A DNA stretch of 64,000 bases from positions 62,001-126,000 of the forward strand of contig MU008150.1 in the NCBI GenBank assembly GCA_010909165.1. Direction: 5' to 3'. The notes below the pieces were generated by a model, which saw only the letters and a list, made by a program, of their open reading frames with translations, was not told the DNA's origin and did not search any database. Positions 36,737 through 47,585 of the stretch are shown here, piece by piece. Position 1 is the first letter of the stretch. Each line of letters opens with the position of its first letter. The translations under genes were made by a program, and so were the position numbers. Origin of the DNA: Anthoceros angustus. Taxonomy: Eukaryota; Plantae; Anthocerotophyta.

Positions 36737-38398
36737 TTACGGCTTATGGTAGTACTTGGGGACGCACTTGCCCTTGGAGCAGTAATCCCCGGCGCCGCAC
36801 ACGTTGCCGCAAGAGCCGCAGTTGTTGTTGTCGCTGGCGCAGTCCAGGCAGCTCCCCTTGCAGCACAGCGATCCCTTGGCGCAGGCCTTCCCGCAGGCGC
36901 CGCAGTTGTACTCGTCGTCGTAGAAGCTGACGCACTTCCCGCCGCAGCAGGACTGGCCAGCCCCGCACTTGTAGCCGCAGCTGCCGCAGTTGTACGCATC
37001 GTCGACGAAGCTGACGCACTTGCCGCTGCAGCAGGACTTCCCGGCCCCGCACTTGTTCCCGCACGCCCCGCAGTTGTAAGCGTCGCTGGAGGTGGAGAGG
37101 CACTTCCCGCTGCAGCACGACTGCCCGTCCGCGCACTTGTTGCCGCACGACCCACAGTTGTAGACATCGGAAGCGAAGCTCACGCACTTCCCGCCGCAGC
37201 AGTAAGTCCCGGCAGCGCACTTGTTCCCGCAGGAGCCGCAGTTATAGCTGTCCGAGCTGGTGGAGATGCACTTCCCGCCGCAGCAGGTCTGGCCAGCCGC
37301 GCACTTGTTCCCGCACGCCCCGCAGTTGTAAGCATCGCTGGTGGTGGAGATGCACTTCCCGCTGCAGCAAGACTGGCCCGCCGCGCACTTGTTGCCGCAG
37401 CTCCCGCAGTTGTACACATCAGAAGCGAAGCTGATGCACTTCCCCCCGCAGCAGTAGGTCCCGGCCGGGCACTTGTACCCGCACTTCCCGCAGTTGTAGG
37501 AATCCGACACCGTGTCGGCGCACTTCCCGCTGCAGCAGCTCTGCCCGGAGCTGCACTTGTTGCCACACGCCCCGCAGTTGTACTCATCATCGGCAAAGCT
37601 CACGCACTTCCCCCCGCAGCAGTACGTTCCCGCCGGGCACTTGTGCCCGCACTTCCCGCAGTTGTAAGAATCCGTCAGCGTCTTGGTGCATTTCCCGCTG
37701 CAGCACGACTCCCCAGCAGCACACTTGTTCCCGCACGACCCACAGTTATACACATCAGAAGCAAAGCTAATGCACTTCCCTCCACAGCAGTACGTCCCGG
37801 CCGGGCACTTGTACCCGCACTTCCCGCAGTTGTAGGAATCCGACACCGTGTTGGTGCACTTCCCGCCGCAGCAAGACTGGCCAGCAGCGCACTTGTTGCC
37901 GCACGACCCACAATTGTACACGTCAGAAGCAAAGCTAATGCACTTCCCTCCACAGCAGTAGGTTCCCGCCGGGCACTTGTACCCGCACTTCCCGCAGTTG
38001 TACGAATCCGACACCGTGTTGGCGCACTTCCCGCTGCAGCATGACTCCCCGGCTGCGCATTTGGTCCCGCACTTGCCGCAGTTCTTGACGTCGGAGGTGG
38101 TGTAGGAGCAGGCGCCGTAGCAGCACTGGGAGCCCTTGGCGCAGGCCTTGTTGCAGGCTCCGCAGTTGTAGAGGTCCGCCAAGGTGTCGACGCACTTGCC
38201 GCTGCAGCAGGTCTGTTTGATCTTGTCGCAGTACTCCGTCACCTTGGGGGTGCAGTAGCCGTAGTGGTGCCCGCCGCCTACACGGTGGTGCCCTCCTCCG
38301 TGATGGTGGCCACCATTTCCGAATGCGGCTGGAACGGCGGCCAGCAGGAACAATGCGAGCACCACCTGAACCAGCGCTACCGGCGACGCCTTCTTCAT
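36737..38398 (-). CDS. STIG1-like secreted Cys-rich repeat protein, copy B, 553 aa, intronless, 17 NCGxC repeats
   Basis: Open frame from MKKASPVALVQVVLALFLLAAVPAAFG (ATG at 38398) to KYYHKP*. The 28-aa unit xNCGxCGxKCxxGxxCCxGKCxxxxxDx matches the STIG1 (PF04885) Cys spacing. Confidence 0.9.
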   Translation of the reverse strand: MKKASPVALVQVVLALFLLAAVPAAFGNGGHHHGGGHHRVGGGHHYGYCTPKVTEYCDKIKQTCCSGKCVDTLADLYNCGACNKACAKGSQCCYGACSYTTSDVKNCGKCGTKCAAGESCCSGKCANTVSDSYNCGKCGYKCPAGTYCCGGKCISFASDVYNCGSCGNKCAAGQSCCGGKCTNTVSDSYNCGKCGYKCPAGTYCCGGKCISFASDVYNCGSCGNKCAAGESCCSGKCTKTLTDSYNCGKCGHKCPAGTYCCGGKCVSFADDEYNCGACGNKCSSGQSCCSGKCADTVSDSYNCGKCGYKCPAGTYCCGGKCISFASDVYNCGSCGNKCAAGQSCCSGKCISTTSDAYNCGACGNKCAAGQTCCGGKCISTSSDSYNCGSCGNKCAAGTYCCGGKCVSFASDVYNCGSCGNKCADGQSCCSGKCLSTSSDAYNCGACGNKCGAGKSCCSGKCVSFVDDAYNCGSCGYKCGAGQSCCGGKCVSFYDDEYNCGACGKACAKGSLCCKGSCLDCASDNNNCGSCGNVCGAGDYCSKGKCVPKYYHKP

Positions 38399-38589
38399 CG
38401 TGATCGCTTCCTCTGCTCGCTCGCCCAGAAGATACACTGATTGCTCTTGCGAAGCTTGCTCGAACCAGGTCGACAATGCGATAGATCTCTCTGTTGTTCT
38501 CGACTCAGGCACGATGATCGATCTCTGGTTTGGCAGGCGGAGTGGTGGGACGTGGTGAGTCGAGGACTGCATTGGCCTGCTGGCTGCTC

Positions 38590-39405
38590 GCCTTTATACC
38601 CCCCCTTCCGGGTGACCGGTTCCACCCGTCGCGCGTACCGGCGCGGCCCTTGGCGGGCCGATAAGCCCTCGTGTACAGCACGGCCGTGCAGGATAAGAGG
38701 TAGACCTGGTGGCAAGTGTTGACCGGGTAAAGATAGGGCTTATCGTGCCAGGTGACGCGCACTGGCTTCCAACCGCCCCCAACTGTGCATGCCGACATCG
38801 CTACTCTTCTTCCATCATCAGATAAGGTGGTGACGTCACAGACAGCCGAGGACGATTTCCACAACGTTTATGAAGGTATACCCCTAGCAACACCATGAGC
38901 TTCAAGACGCCCAGGCTGATCTTAGAGTTGCGGCCAACTCTAAGATCTTTGTTAGAAGAAGAAGATCTTTGTTAGGCTTTCTAGTGAAAGACCCCTCCTA
39001 AGAAGGCAAACACATACTCGTACTGTTGAACTCTTGAGTGATCAAAATACTTCTACCCTTCCTTATACCCCATATCTCTCGTAAGATTTTGGAGAAACTT
39101 TCATCACACAGATCCGGTGATGAATATGCTTCCATCCTGCCGTACATCTTTCACGAGCTTGTAGAGAAACACTCGCACAGAGTATGAGTCATGACCAGAA
39201 AAGGAATGCCAGCCTGCCAGGGTGTGTTCTTGACTGATTCTGCCCAACCAAGTTGGGGCACTTGGGTACTTGTGCGGGTATGTGCTAGCTGCCCAGAAGG
39301 CCTGTGCCCCAAATCGGATTCGTGGTGAGGATCAGTGTGGCCTGGGCAAGATCGTTATGACAAGAAATCCACTTTTAGAAAGAGTCCAATGTTGACCGAC
39401 TTTGA
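38590..39405 (-). promoter_or_regulatory. Promoter of STIG1-like copy B
   Basis: TATAAA (minus strand) at 38593-38598. GATAAG at 38660, 38692 and 38739 (reverse). TTGACY at 38719, 39230 and 39392. Same motif order as in copy A. Confidence 0.55.
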
Positions 39406-40549
39406 CAAAGCTCTCCCTAAATGGTTGCCAAGTCCCAGCGTCCTCGTCCTCCGCACAAGCAAATGAGCATGCCTTGACAACCGTGCGATACGTAAAATGT
39501 ATGTGTGATTGGGGAATTTGGGAGCGGAGCCCGCTCACAAATTCCCTAGTCACAGACGCCAGGCTCAGCGCGCTGTGGAGCCATGTAGCGCGCCTGCTTC
39601 TTCTTCTTCGTAGCGGTGTACAAGTGTAGTATTATAGTCCACAGGCCTGGTCGGAAGCATCCATACACATGCACTTTGTACATGCACAACCCCCTTGTAC
39701 TTTATATTTTCGAACACATTAGTCTCAAGGCGGGCATTTGGTCCAGTGACAAGACGCTAGAACCTGGGGTAAACAGCATACCATAAACGCATGCGGTCGA
39801 GGAAATTCATTCCGGAAATCGCGAGGTCCATTCTCGCAATGCCCATTTCTTCCGAAGTGTATCCCTTACAACAGATGTTTTGCCAAGCGCTCAGTTTATG
39901 AGTTTGTCTTAAGAAACAAATTCTACAAACCCAGAGTTTGAATCTCGCAATGCCCATTCACCACCAATTTGACGAAAAAGACGGAAGTTTGGCCAAGCGC
40001 ACAGTATGAGTTTGTGTTTGCGACCTCATTGCCTCATGAATTTGTCTATGCGAGCTTCTTGCTTCTCGACAAATTTGTACAATCCTTGAAGTGTGTGATT
40101 CCTTCGGTTGCCTGTGAGAACAGTGTTGAGTCGTCTGAATATGCCAGACCCGCTACCTACTGGGAAGAGAAAGCCATTCTGCTGCATGCTCTGGATCATA
40201 CGAGCAGACTGAAATAGGCGCGCGCAGATGACAGCATGTTGTTCAGTGAATCCAGCACGATACAAAATTTATCCTTGCCGGAATACAGCAAACGTGTGTA
40301 CAGTGCACCCGCGGGACAAGGTTCTCGAATTCAGGCATTTACAGTGGTCGACTGCTATGTTGACAGCAGCGTGGATTGAAGCCGAGCACCATGAGCACGC
40401 TCTGTCACCAGGAAACTTCACCCATCGTATGATGCCGATTTCCAAACACCGATCGCACCCACATCTTGCAAACGCTGTATTGTTAGCTCGCGAAGTAGGC
40501 AATTGCAAACTTGCCCATGGCCAGACCACGGCACGTCTAGCTCGTAAGA

Positions 40550-41071
40550 CTAGGGAACGCACACGCCGTTGTCGCAGCTCTGGTTCGCAGCGCACTTGAT
40601 GCCGCAGGCGCCGCAATTGGCCGTGTCCTTGCCATCCAAGACATCGATGCAGGTGCTCCCGCAGCACAGCGAATCCTTGTAGCAGATGCTGCCGCAGCTG
40701 CCGCAGTTGTACTCGTCGTCCACGAAGCTCACGCAATTCCCGCTGCAGCACCCCTTCCCAGCCCCGCACTCCGTCCCGCACGCCCCGCAGTTGAAAGCAT
40801 CGCTGCCGGTGCTGATGCACTGCCCGTCGCAGCACGACTGGCCGCCCGCGCACTGGTTGCCGCAGCTTCCGCAATTGTGCACATCCGTTGCGAAGCTGGT
40901 GCAAGTCCCCGCCAGGCACTTGTTCCCGCACTTCCCGCAGTTGTGAGAATCCGTCAGGCTCTTGGTGCACGGATGTGGGTGGTGGTGGAGGTGGAGGTTC
41001 CCCGAGCTGCCCTGGATCCCGGCCAGCAGGAACAGGGCGAGCATGAAGGGCGCTGCCGCCGACGCCTCCAT
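40550..41071 (-). CDS. STIG1-like secreted Cys-rich protein, copy C, 173 aa, 5 repeats
   Basis: Signal MEASAAAPFMLALFLLAGIQG, His-rich linker and five NCGxCG repeats. The first repeat lacks the xCCxGK segment. Confidence 0.88.
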   Translation of the reverse strand: MEASAAAPFMLALFLLAGIQGSSGNLHLHHHPHPCTKSLTDSHNCGKCGNKCLAGTCTSFATDVHNCGSCGNQCAGGQSCCDGQCISTGSDAFNCGACGTECGAGKGCCSGNCVSFVDDEYNCGSCGSICYKDSLCCGSTCIDVLDGKDTANCGACGIKCAANQSCDNGVCVP

Positions 41072-41582
41072 CCCAGTGAGCTGGAAAACGGAACCGGGTC
41101 CCGCAGAGAAGTGATCATGGATCGGAATGGAGAACTGTGGGAGTGGATTGGATTTCTACCACGGCAATGCGGAATGCGGGATACAGTTCGTTTTTGCGAG
41201 CGCGCATCGTCTTCAGCTGGGCCGGCCCGACCCAGTCACCGAGTGGGAATCGGATCGGGATGAAGTTGAGAGACTTTTGTGTCAGGCGTGGTTGGGAATC
41301 CAAGTGCCAGAGTTGGACGCATGAAAGACCTGAACATGACATGATATAGAACTTGGAGGCTGGAAACTTGGAAGCCTGCAGATCGTGGCCACCAACTTTC
41401 AGGAATCGGGAATCGGGAATCAGGAATCAGGAGCAGGCAACTGTACCAGCGTGCCAACAAGGCCGCTGCTTCCCGGCTGTTGCTCACAGCCTGATCGGAA
41501 ACAGATAATAGGAGGGGCTTGGGAGGTCGGGATACTAATCCTACTGGCGAAGGTGCCCGGCATGCTGTTCGGCCCAGTTCCA

Positions 41583-42175
41583 ATGTGAAAAGGATTGTCA
41601 AAAATCCACCTTGCAGCTTCTCGCTTCACTCTCCAACTTTTAGGCCACCCGAAATGCGAGGTTGCATCAGCTTGCTAGGGCAGCTGCTCTGAGCAGTGAC
41701 TTGATCAAGTGTTGCCAGTAGCTCGCTGACCTTGTAGATAGCAGCGAGCTCGGATATGGCAGGCGTCTATGAATGTTCTGTCTGTGTCCTTATTTGCTCT
41801 TTTCTCTGCAGGGTAAAGCTTCGAACGCCCTTCCTGCACCTAATCCGGGACCTACTGCGGTGGGTAGCCCGACAGTAGCTCCTACTTTCCCCATCGGTGA
41901 GTAACGCTAAGGCCACAGCGGGAGCATGTATCATGGATTAGTACTCCCGTTGTGGCAACAAAGGGTGTAGCATTTTCTACGTCCAAGAAAGTAACGGATT
42001 GTGTGTATCGCTTGTGCAGCCTGTGCAAGGAGTGTGATCCCAGGTGTACCAGTGCCTCAAGTACTGCAATATCTGGTGTTCCAAGTTCCAGACTATGTGT
42101 TCCCCCAGGCCTGGGGACTTAGGGCAACAAGGAGGTCTGCCTCTGTTACGCCAAACTAAAAGGCTGCCCTTGTGA
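41583..42175 (+). pseudogene. Snakin/GASA pseudogene 2 (3 exons)
   Basis: ATG-TGA start with a signal-like exon, a Pro-rich exon 41812-41896 (GKASNALPAPNPGPTAVGSPTVAPTFP), and exon 3 from 42020: CxxECDPRC..CLKYCNIWCSK..CVPPG..T*GNKEVCLCYAKL, with frameshifts and a TAG. Confidence 0.75.
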
Positions 42176-42299
42176 AAGTCTTCTAGGGCACATCCAGATC
42201 AGGATCAGGTTGGATTGGGCAGATCTGCTGTCTGTTTTGTGCTGGAAAGAAGACTCAGGGTGGTCTTTGAGGACATACACTGACCAGTGCCCTCCTTGC

Positions 42300-42900
42300 C
42301 TACAGGAAGTGAAAGGGTGTGCAATCGCATGCCAGAATGGTTAGCTGAGAATGGCAAGCTAAATGCTTGAAGACCGCTGTGATGGTAATTATTTTCACGT
42401 TTGTGAAGTCGAGTATGAAGAATCGTTATGCACGCTGGAGCCCTGAATCTCGTGAAATGCCAGGTATAACTACCAGGCCGAAGCACTCTGCGTAGTTTGT
42501 TTTTCAGACGTCGAGGGCCGTGAAGTTTGCTACATAATACAGCTGCATTTCCATGCCTGTGAAGGTCACGTGCTTTGTGCAACATCATTGCCTCAAGTGA
42601 GAGCGTCAGCCAGTTTGGTAGTGCCTTGGTTGCCAGAGAATGAAAGAGTGCATTGTGCCATCCTGCTGTGGACACAATCTGAACACATTCACAGCTTCTT
42701 GCAACCCTCAGAGCACTCTTTCCCAAGATCTGGTTGCACAAAAACGTGTCCGACTCATAAAGTCCCTTCTCCACTGGACGAGCCTGCCCATGAGGACCGT
42801 ATAAGAGAGACTTTTAAACATAGCAGTGTGTGCGCACCTGAACTCTTGCTCCTCAGGATCCTCCCTTGCCACTTCCAAAGGATGCCGTGGCTTCGAGCCC
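42300..42900 (-). pseudogene. PLS-type PPR pseudogene, paralogue of 45138-47585
   Basis: YESDTFLCNQIL and the sequence gttgcaagaagctgtg.atgtgttcag match the N-terminal motifs of the intact PPR (YQSDTFLCNHIL). Broken by indels. Confidence 0.7.
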
Positions 42901-43177
42901 TCGCCAGGCCACAACATGGAGGCTGGAACACGATGCCTTGTTGGCGACCGTTCTGCATGCTGCTGGTCAGGCAAGTGCTAAACAAGGATGGTAACAGTGT
43001 TACAGCGCAGTTACAAGGATGGTAAACGCCCTTGACGACAAAATGAAGGAGGAATGGAAAAGGGTGATGAGATAAGGTCTCGCCTGCGCCACGAAACAAA
43101 CAAATAACGACCAGTCTTTCACCTTCCAAGTGGCACCGGAGAATTCCTGAGGAACAGGAGGAGCTGGAGCAGAAGAA

Positions 43178-44511
43178 ATGGCGGCAGCAATCTGTGGGTC
43201 GGCATTGGGGCGGACGGAGCTGCTAGGCCAGGCCCTTGCTGCTGGCCCCACACCCAAGTCCAGTTCTCGCTCCCCTCAGCATCACGTTGTTGCAGCATTG
43301 GAAAGGATAAATGCGGTTCAAGCCGACTCTCACGTCTCGAGATCGCGTGGTACGAGCTCCTCAGCCCTGTGTTTCACCAGGTAATGCACGAATCCGACAA
43401 CCGTGTTGGCCCAAGTGTCTGCACTGAATGGCAGCTCTTGTGCGTTGCAGCAGAACCTTTCTCCGGTTTGTCCAGGCGCCAGGTGGTTACAGGGGCTGGA
43501 GCCCTACTAGCAGCTCTTCCACTGCTGGAAAAACCTGCTTTAGCTGAGAGTAAGTGCTACGGGGAGTTCTTGTCAGATTCACCTCTTCTGTGCAGTTTCG
43601 GATGAGTGAAGTGTTGTGATCAGGCTTGGTACATGTTCTGTCATTTGGATGATTTTTGGTCTGGCATATGGACACAGAAGCGCCCAAGGGGTATACTGCA
43701 GTTCTGGACAACATCGATGGCTATACATTCTTCTATCCCTTTGGGTGGCAGGTGGGCCTTTTTGCAGTAGCTGGACCAATTGAAGGACAAGTTTTTGTTA
43801 TTTGAGCTCTAGTTCCTTTGCTCAGGCGTGCAAACATTCAATCGGTGTTCTCAGGAAGTGGTTGTCCGAGGCCAAGATGTGGCCTTCAAGGATGTGATTG
43901 AGCCATTGGAAAGCGTGAGCGTCAGCATCATCAAGACGGACAAAGCCAACCTGCAAGAGCTTGGCTCTGCAGATGAGGTGCAAGAACTGTCCTTCTCAAA
44001 ACACATGTACTTCATGTGCGTGGCACATGGATGACCTTTCTGGTTGAGGATGGTGGTTGTAACAGGTAGCCAAGGCTCTGGTGGAAAGGGTTTTGGCCTC
44101 ACCATCTCAGAAAACACAACTAATCGAGGCCAAAGAGGTAGAACCATGTCCTGCCCCCACCTTTTGACTTAGGCTCGTTAATAACAGCAGGACACTGATT
44201 TTCCTTGTTGGTTTTGGACTTTTGGCAGAGGTCTGCCGAGGGGAAGACCTACTACACATTTGAGTTTCTTGCCAAAGCCCCGACATACACGCGGCATGCT
44301 CTTGGAACGGTTGCTATTGGGGATGGTATGTACTCATGGGTTGGCTAGTGTGGTTGCATCCTACTTGGTGGGTGGGCTGTATATCTTAGTCTTGAAGTTG
44401 GCTGTCGCAGGGAAATTCTATGCTTTGACGACCGGGGCTAACGAAAGGCGATGGTCGAAGATGCAGGATAAGCTCCGGGCTGTTGTAGATTCATTTGCTT
44501 TGTTAACCTGA
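43178..44511 (+). CDS. PPL1: PsbP-like protein 1, thylakoid lumen (multi-exon)
   Basis: Transit peptide with a twin-Arg segment (SRRQVV...PALAE). Exons: GYTAVLDNIDGYTFFYPFGWQ, EVVVRGQDVAFKDVIEPLESVSV, GKTYYTFEF...YTRHALGTV, GKFYALTTGANERRWSKMQDKLRAVVDSF. Confidence 0.92.
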
Positions 44512-45137
44512 AAACAACAATTGCTACAGACCATTCTTCTACCACCCTGACTCGTCAAACATCTCTCTTGCAACATGTATACAAAACCTTGTAAGTTGAG
44601 CTTTGCAAGTGAGGGCTTTGTATGCCCTTCGAATGATTCGTCTACTAAATCGAAAGTAGAGGTCTGGAGAATGGTCATGTGCAAGGCCCCCGTCTACGTT
44701 TGTACCTTGTGATGTCCAGTTTGTGAATTCGGCGCCCAGTGGGTGATAGCTGGCCTTCACGTTTCGCGAAGTTCTTGAAAGTACTATACTTGAAGGTGGT
44801 GGTGTTAGTGAAGATCGATGAAACCAGTAGGATCCTCAGCCTTCGGACTCACGCTCAGTTGACTTGTATGAAAACCTCAAACCTTACACAAGTTGCGGGA
44901 TTACAGACGTACTGTCCCTTACCTCTGCAACTGCTGGAAACATGAAATCAACCTAGCGAGATTCGAAGTCTGGCACCCCGAAGACCAGCTGCTCACCACG
45001 GGTGGCGATTCACCAAGTGTTCATCACAAGATACAAACGCAGATGGAGTCAAGTTGCACTACCACCACATTGCAGACATCCACTTTTAGTAGTAGTGCTG
45101 CTTGCAGCTTCAGAATTAGCTTAGCCTCCTGCAAGCC

Positions 45138-47585
45138 ATGGCTGCTTCGAGCAGCGCTGCAATTGATTCATGCATGTGGCAGCAGCATCCCTCCTCGTGG
45201 GGAGAGATTGTGCGGAACAAACAACGTGGAGGGTCAACAAATATTCATGCACGAGCTCCCGACCACCTGATTCCAAGGAATCAGGCGTTGGCAAACAACG
45301 AAGCCGCGAGGTGCAGCACCTTGGCAAGAACTTATGCCGTGGATATGCAGATGGGTGTACGTGCCCCCTCACTCGACTGGACTATGCCGAATTCGGACGC
45401 CCGTGACCTTGGCAGGCCTGTAGGATACGACAGGGGCATAAAGGCTGAAACTATAAGACAACGATGTCAGGATGGGCAGCTCACTGAGGCCGTTGAGGCT
45501 CTGGGCATTTTGGTGCACACAGAGTGTCATGTTTCGAAATCCCTCTTCTATCAGGTCCTAAAAGAGTGTCTGGCAAAGAAGGATCTTGCACTGGGTCGCC
45601 GGGTTCACGCTCTCAGTGTGAAAAAGGGGTATCAATCGGACACCTTCTTGTGCAACCACATCTTGCGAATGTATGGCTCTCATGCCCGGTTGCAAGAAGC
45701 TGTGGATGTGTTCAGTATGGTTCCGGAACCAGATGCCTTCATGTGGTCTTCTATAATTTCTGCGCATGTTAAACATGGACAAGATAAGGAGGCCATCCAA
45801 CTATATCACCAGATGCGCCGGTCAAGTGTGAAGCCAGATAGCCATGTGTTTGTAGCAACCCTGCAGGCTTGTGCAAGAGGGGGAGTATTGAAATCCGGAC
45901 AGAAAGTGCATGCTGATGTGTTGGCCAGTGGCGCTGACCAAGACATGTTTGTTTGTAGTTGCTTGGTGGACATGTATGCAAAGTGCGGCAGCTTGGAAGA
46001 GGCTCAAAGAGTGTTCGATGGGCTTTCTGAAAAAAATGTGGTGACATGGAGTGCTATGATAGCAGGATATTCCCAGCAGGGCATGGGCCAGGAAGCCCTC
46101 AAACTTTACAAGGCTATGCAAGAAGAAGGCATCGTCACACCCAATTCTGTGACGTTTGTGGGCCTCCTGCAGGCTTGTGCATGTGTGGGTGCTCCGGCCT
46201 TGGATCAGGGGAAAGACCTTCATGCACAGATTAGGCAACAAGGACTTCAGGCTGATGTAGTTGTGGGTGGGAGCTTGGTAAACATGTATTCAAAATGTGG
46301 CAGCCTAGAGGATGCTCGGGCTGTGTTTGACGGACTTGTCCAGAAAACTGTTGTCACGTGGAATGCCATGATAGCAGGATATTCCCAGCATGGCATGGGG
46401 CAGGAAGCCCTTATCCTCTACAGAGGTATGCAAGGAGAAGGCATGGCTGTACCCAATTCCGCCACATTTGTGTCCCTCCTGCAGGCATGTGCAAATGTGG
46501 GCAGCCAGGCTTTGGAGAGGGGGAAGGAGCTTCATGCACAGATTAGACAAAGAGGATTCCAGCTCGATGTAGTTTTAGGTGGGAGCCTAGTAAACATGTA
46601 TGCGAAGTGCGGCAGCCTAGAGGATGCTCGAGACATATTTCACAGACTTCACGAAAAGAATGTGGTTACCTGGAATGCAATGATAGCAGGATATTCTCAG
46701 CAGGGTATGGGGCAGGAAGCCCTTCATCTTTACCGGGCTATGGTAAAAGAAGACATGGCTGCACCCAATACTGTGACGTTTCTATGCCTCCTTCAGGCAT
46801 GTGCCAGTGTAGCAGCTTTGCATCTGGGAAGGCAGCTTCATGTACAGATAAAAGAACAAGGGCTTCAAGCCAATGTGCTTGTGGCCGGCAGTTTGATAAG
46901 CATGTATGGGAGCTGCTGCTGCATGGTTGACGCTAAGCAGGTGTTTGACGCATTGCCCAAAAGAGATGTTGTTATTTGGAATGCATTGATTGCAGGATAC
47001 ACCCGCCAAGGAGACAGTGATGAGGTGTTTGCCTTGGTCCGCAGAATGAAAGATGATGGCATACAGCCAGACAGCATCACATTCCTTAGTCTACTAACAG
47101 TGTGCAGTCACACGGGTCTAGTGGACAAGGGGCAAGAGTACTTCAAGGCCATGAGCAGGCAATACGCTATCTCTCCAACGGCAGCCCACTACACGTGCAT
47201 GGTAGATCTCCTGGGTCGTGCAGGCCAACTGGACGAGGCACTAGTCTTGGTAAGGACAATGCCTGTACCTCCCGATGCTGCAGTTTGGCGAACTCTATTG
47301 GGTGCTTGTCAAAAATGGGGCAACATGGAGGTGGGACGCCATGCGTTTGATGAAGCAGTGAAGCTAGACAAGAACCATGCTGCAGCGTACGTGTTGATGT
47401 CAAACATATACACCGATGCCCAGTTGATGGACGAGCAGGCACAGCAGATGCAGGCAAGGAGGACAGGTATCGGGGCACGGAAGCAGCCTGGACAGACCTG
47501 GTGGACGGATATGGAAGGACTGGTGCATAGTTTTTCAGTTGGGGATAATCAGCATTCCGATGGAGCAGGAATGCTGTACCTATAA
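45138..47585 (+). CDS. PLS-class PPR protein with E1/E2 and PG box, no DYW domain (organellar RNA-editing factor type)
   Basis: Intronless 815-codon ORF with about 17 P/L/S motifs, P2-L2-S2, E1 (AVWRTLLGAC), E2 and KQPGQTWW...VHSFSVGD, then a stop. The true start Met is uncertain. Confidence 0.93.
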   Translation: MAASSSAAIDSCMWQQHPSSWGEIVRNKQRGGSTNIHARAPDHLIPRNQALANNEAARCSTLARTYAVDMQMGVRAPSLDWTMPNSDARDLGRPVGYDRGIKAETIRQRCQDGQLTEAVEALGILVHTECHVSKSLFYQVLKECLAKKDLALGRRVHALSVKKGYQSDTFLCNHILRMYGSHARLQEAVDVFSMVPEPDAFMWSSIISAHVKHGQDKEAIQLYHQMRRSSVKPDSHVFVATLQACARGGVLKSGQKVHADVLASGADQDMFVCSCLVDMYAKCGSLEEAQRVFDGLSEKNVVTWSAMIAGYSQQGMGQEALKLYKAMQEEGIVTPNSVTFVGLLQACACVGAPALDQGKDLHAQIRQQGLQADVVVGGSLVNMYSKCGSLEDARAVFDGLVQKTVVTWNAMIAGYSQHGMGQEALILYRGMQGEGMAVPNSATFVSLLQACANVGSQALERGKELHAQIRQRGFQLDVVLGGSLVNMYAKCGSLEDARDIFHRLHEKNVVTWNAMIAGYSQQGMGQEALHLYRAMVKEDMAAPNTVTFLCLLQACASVAALHLGRQLHVQIKEQGLQANVLVAGSLISMYGSCCCMVDAKQVFDALPKRDVVIWNALIAGYTRQGDSDEVFALVRRMKDDGIQPDSITFLSLLTVCSHTGLVDKGQEYFKAMSRQYAISPTAAHYTCMVDLLGRAGQLDEALVLVRTMPVPPDAAVWRTLLGACQKWGNMEVGRHAFDEAVKLDKNHAAAYVLMSNIYTDAQLMDEQAQQMQARRTGIGARKQPGQTWWTDMEGLVHSFSVGDNQHSDGAGMLYL

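Noticed and set aside
36608-38044. 478-aa plus-strand ORF
   Set aside because: It is the antisense shadow of the GC-rich STIG1 repeat CDS.
38399-38572. 58-aa N-terminal extension of the 611-aa ORF
   Set aside because: The upstream start lies only ~20 bp below the TATA box, the extension is absent in copy A, and it would mask the signal peptide.
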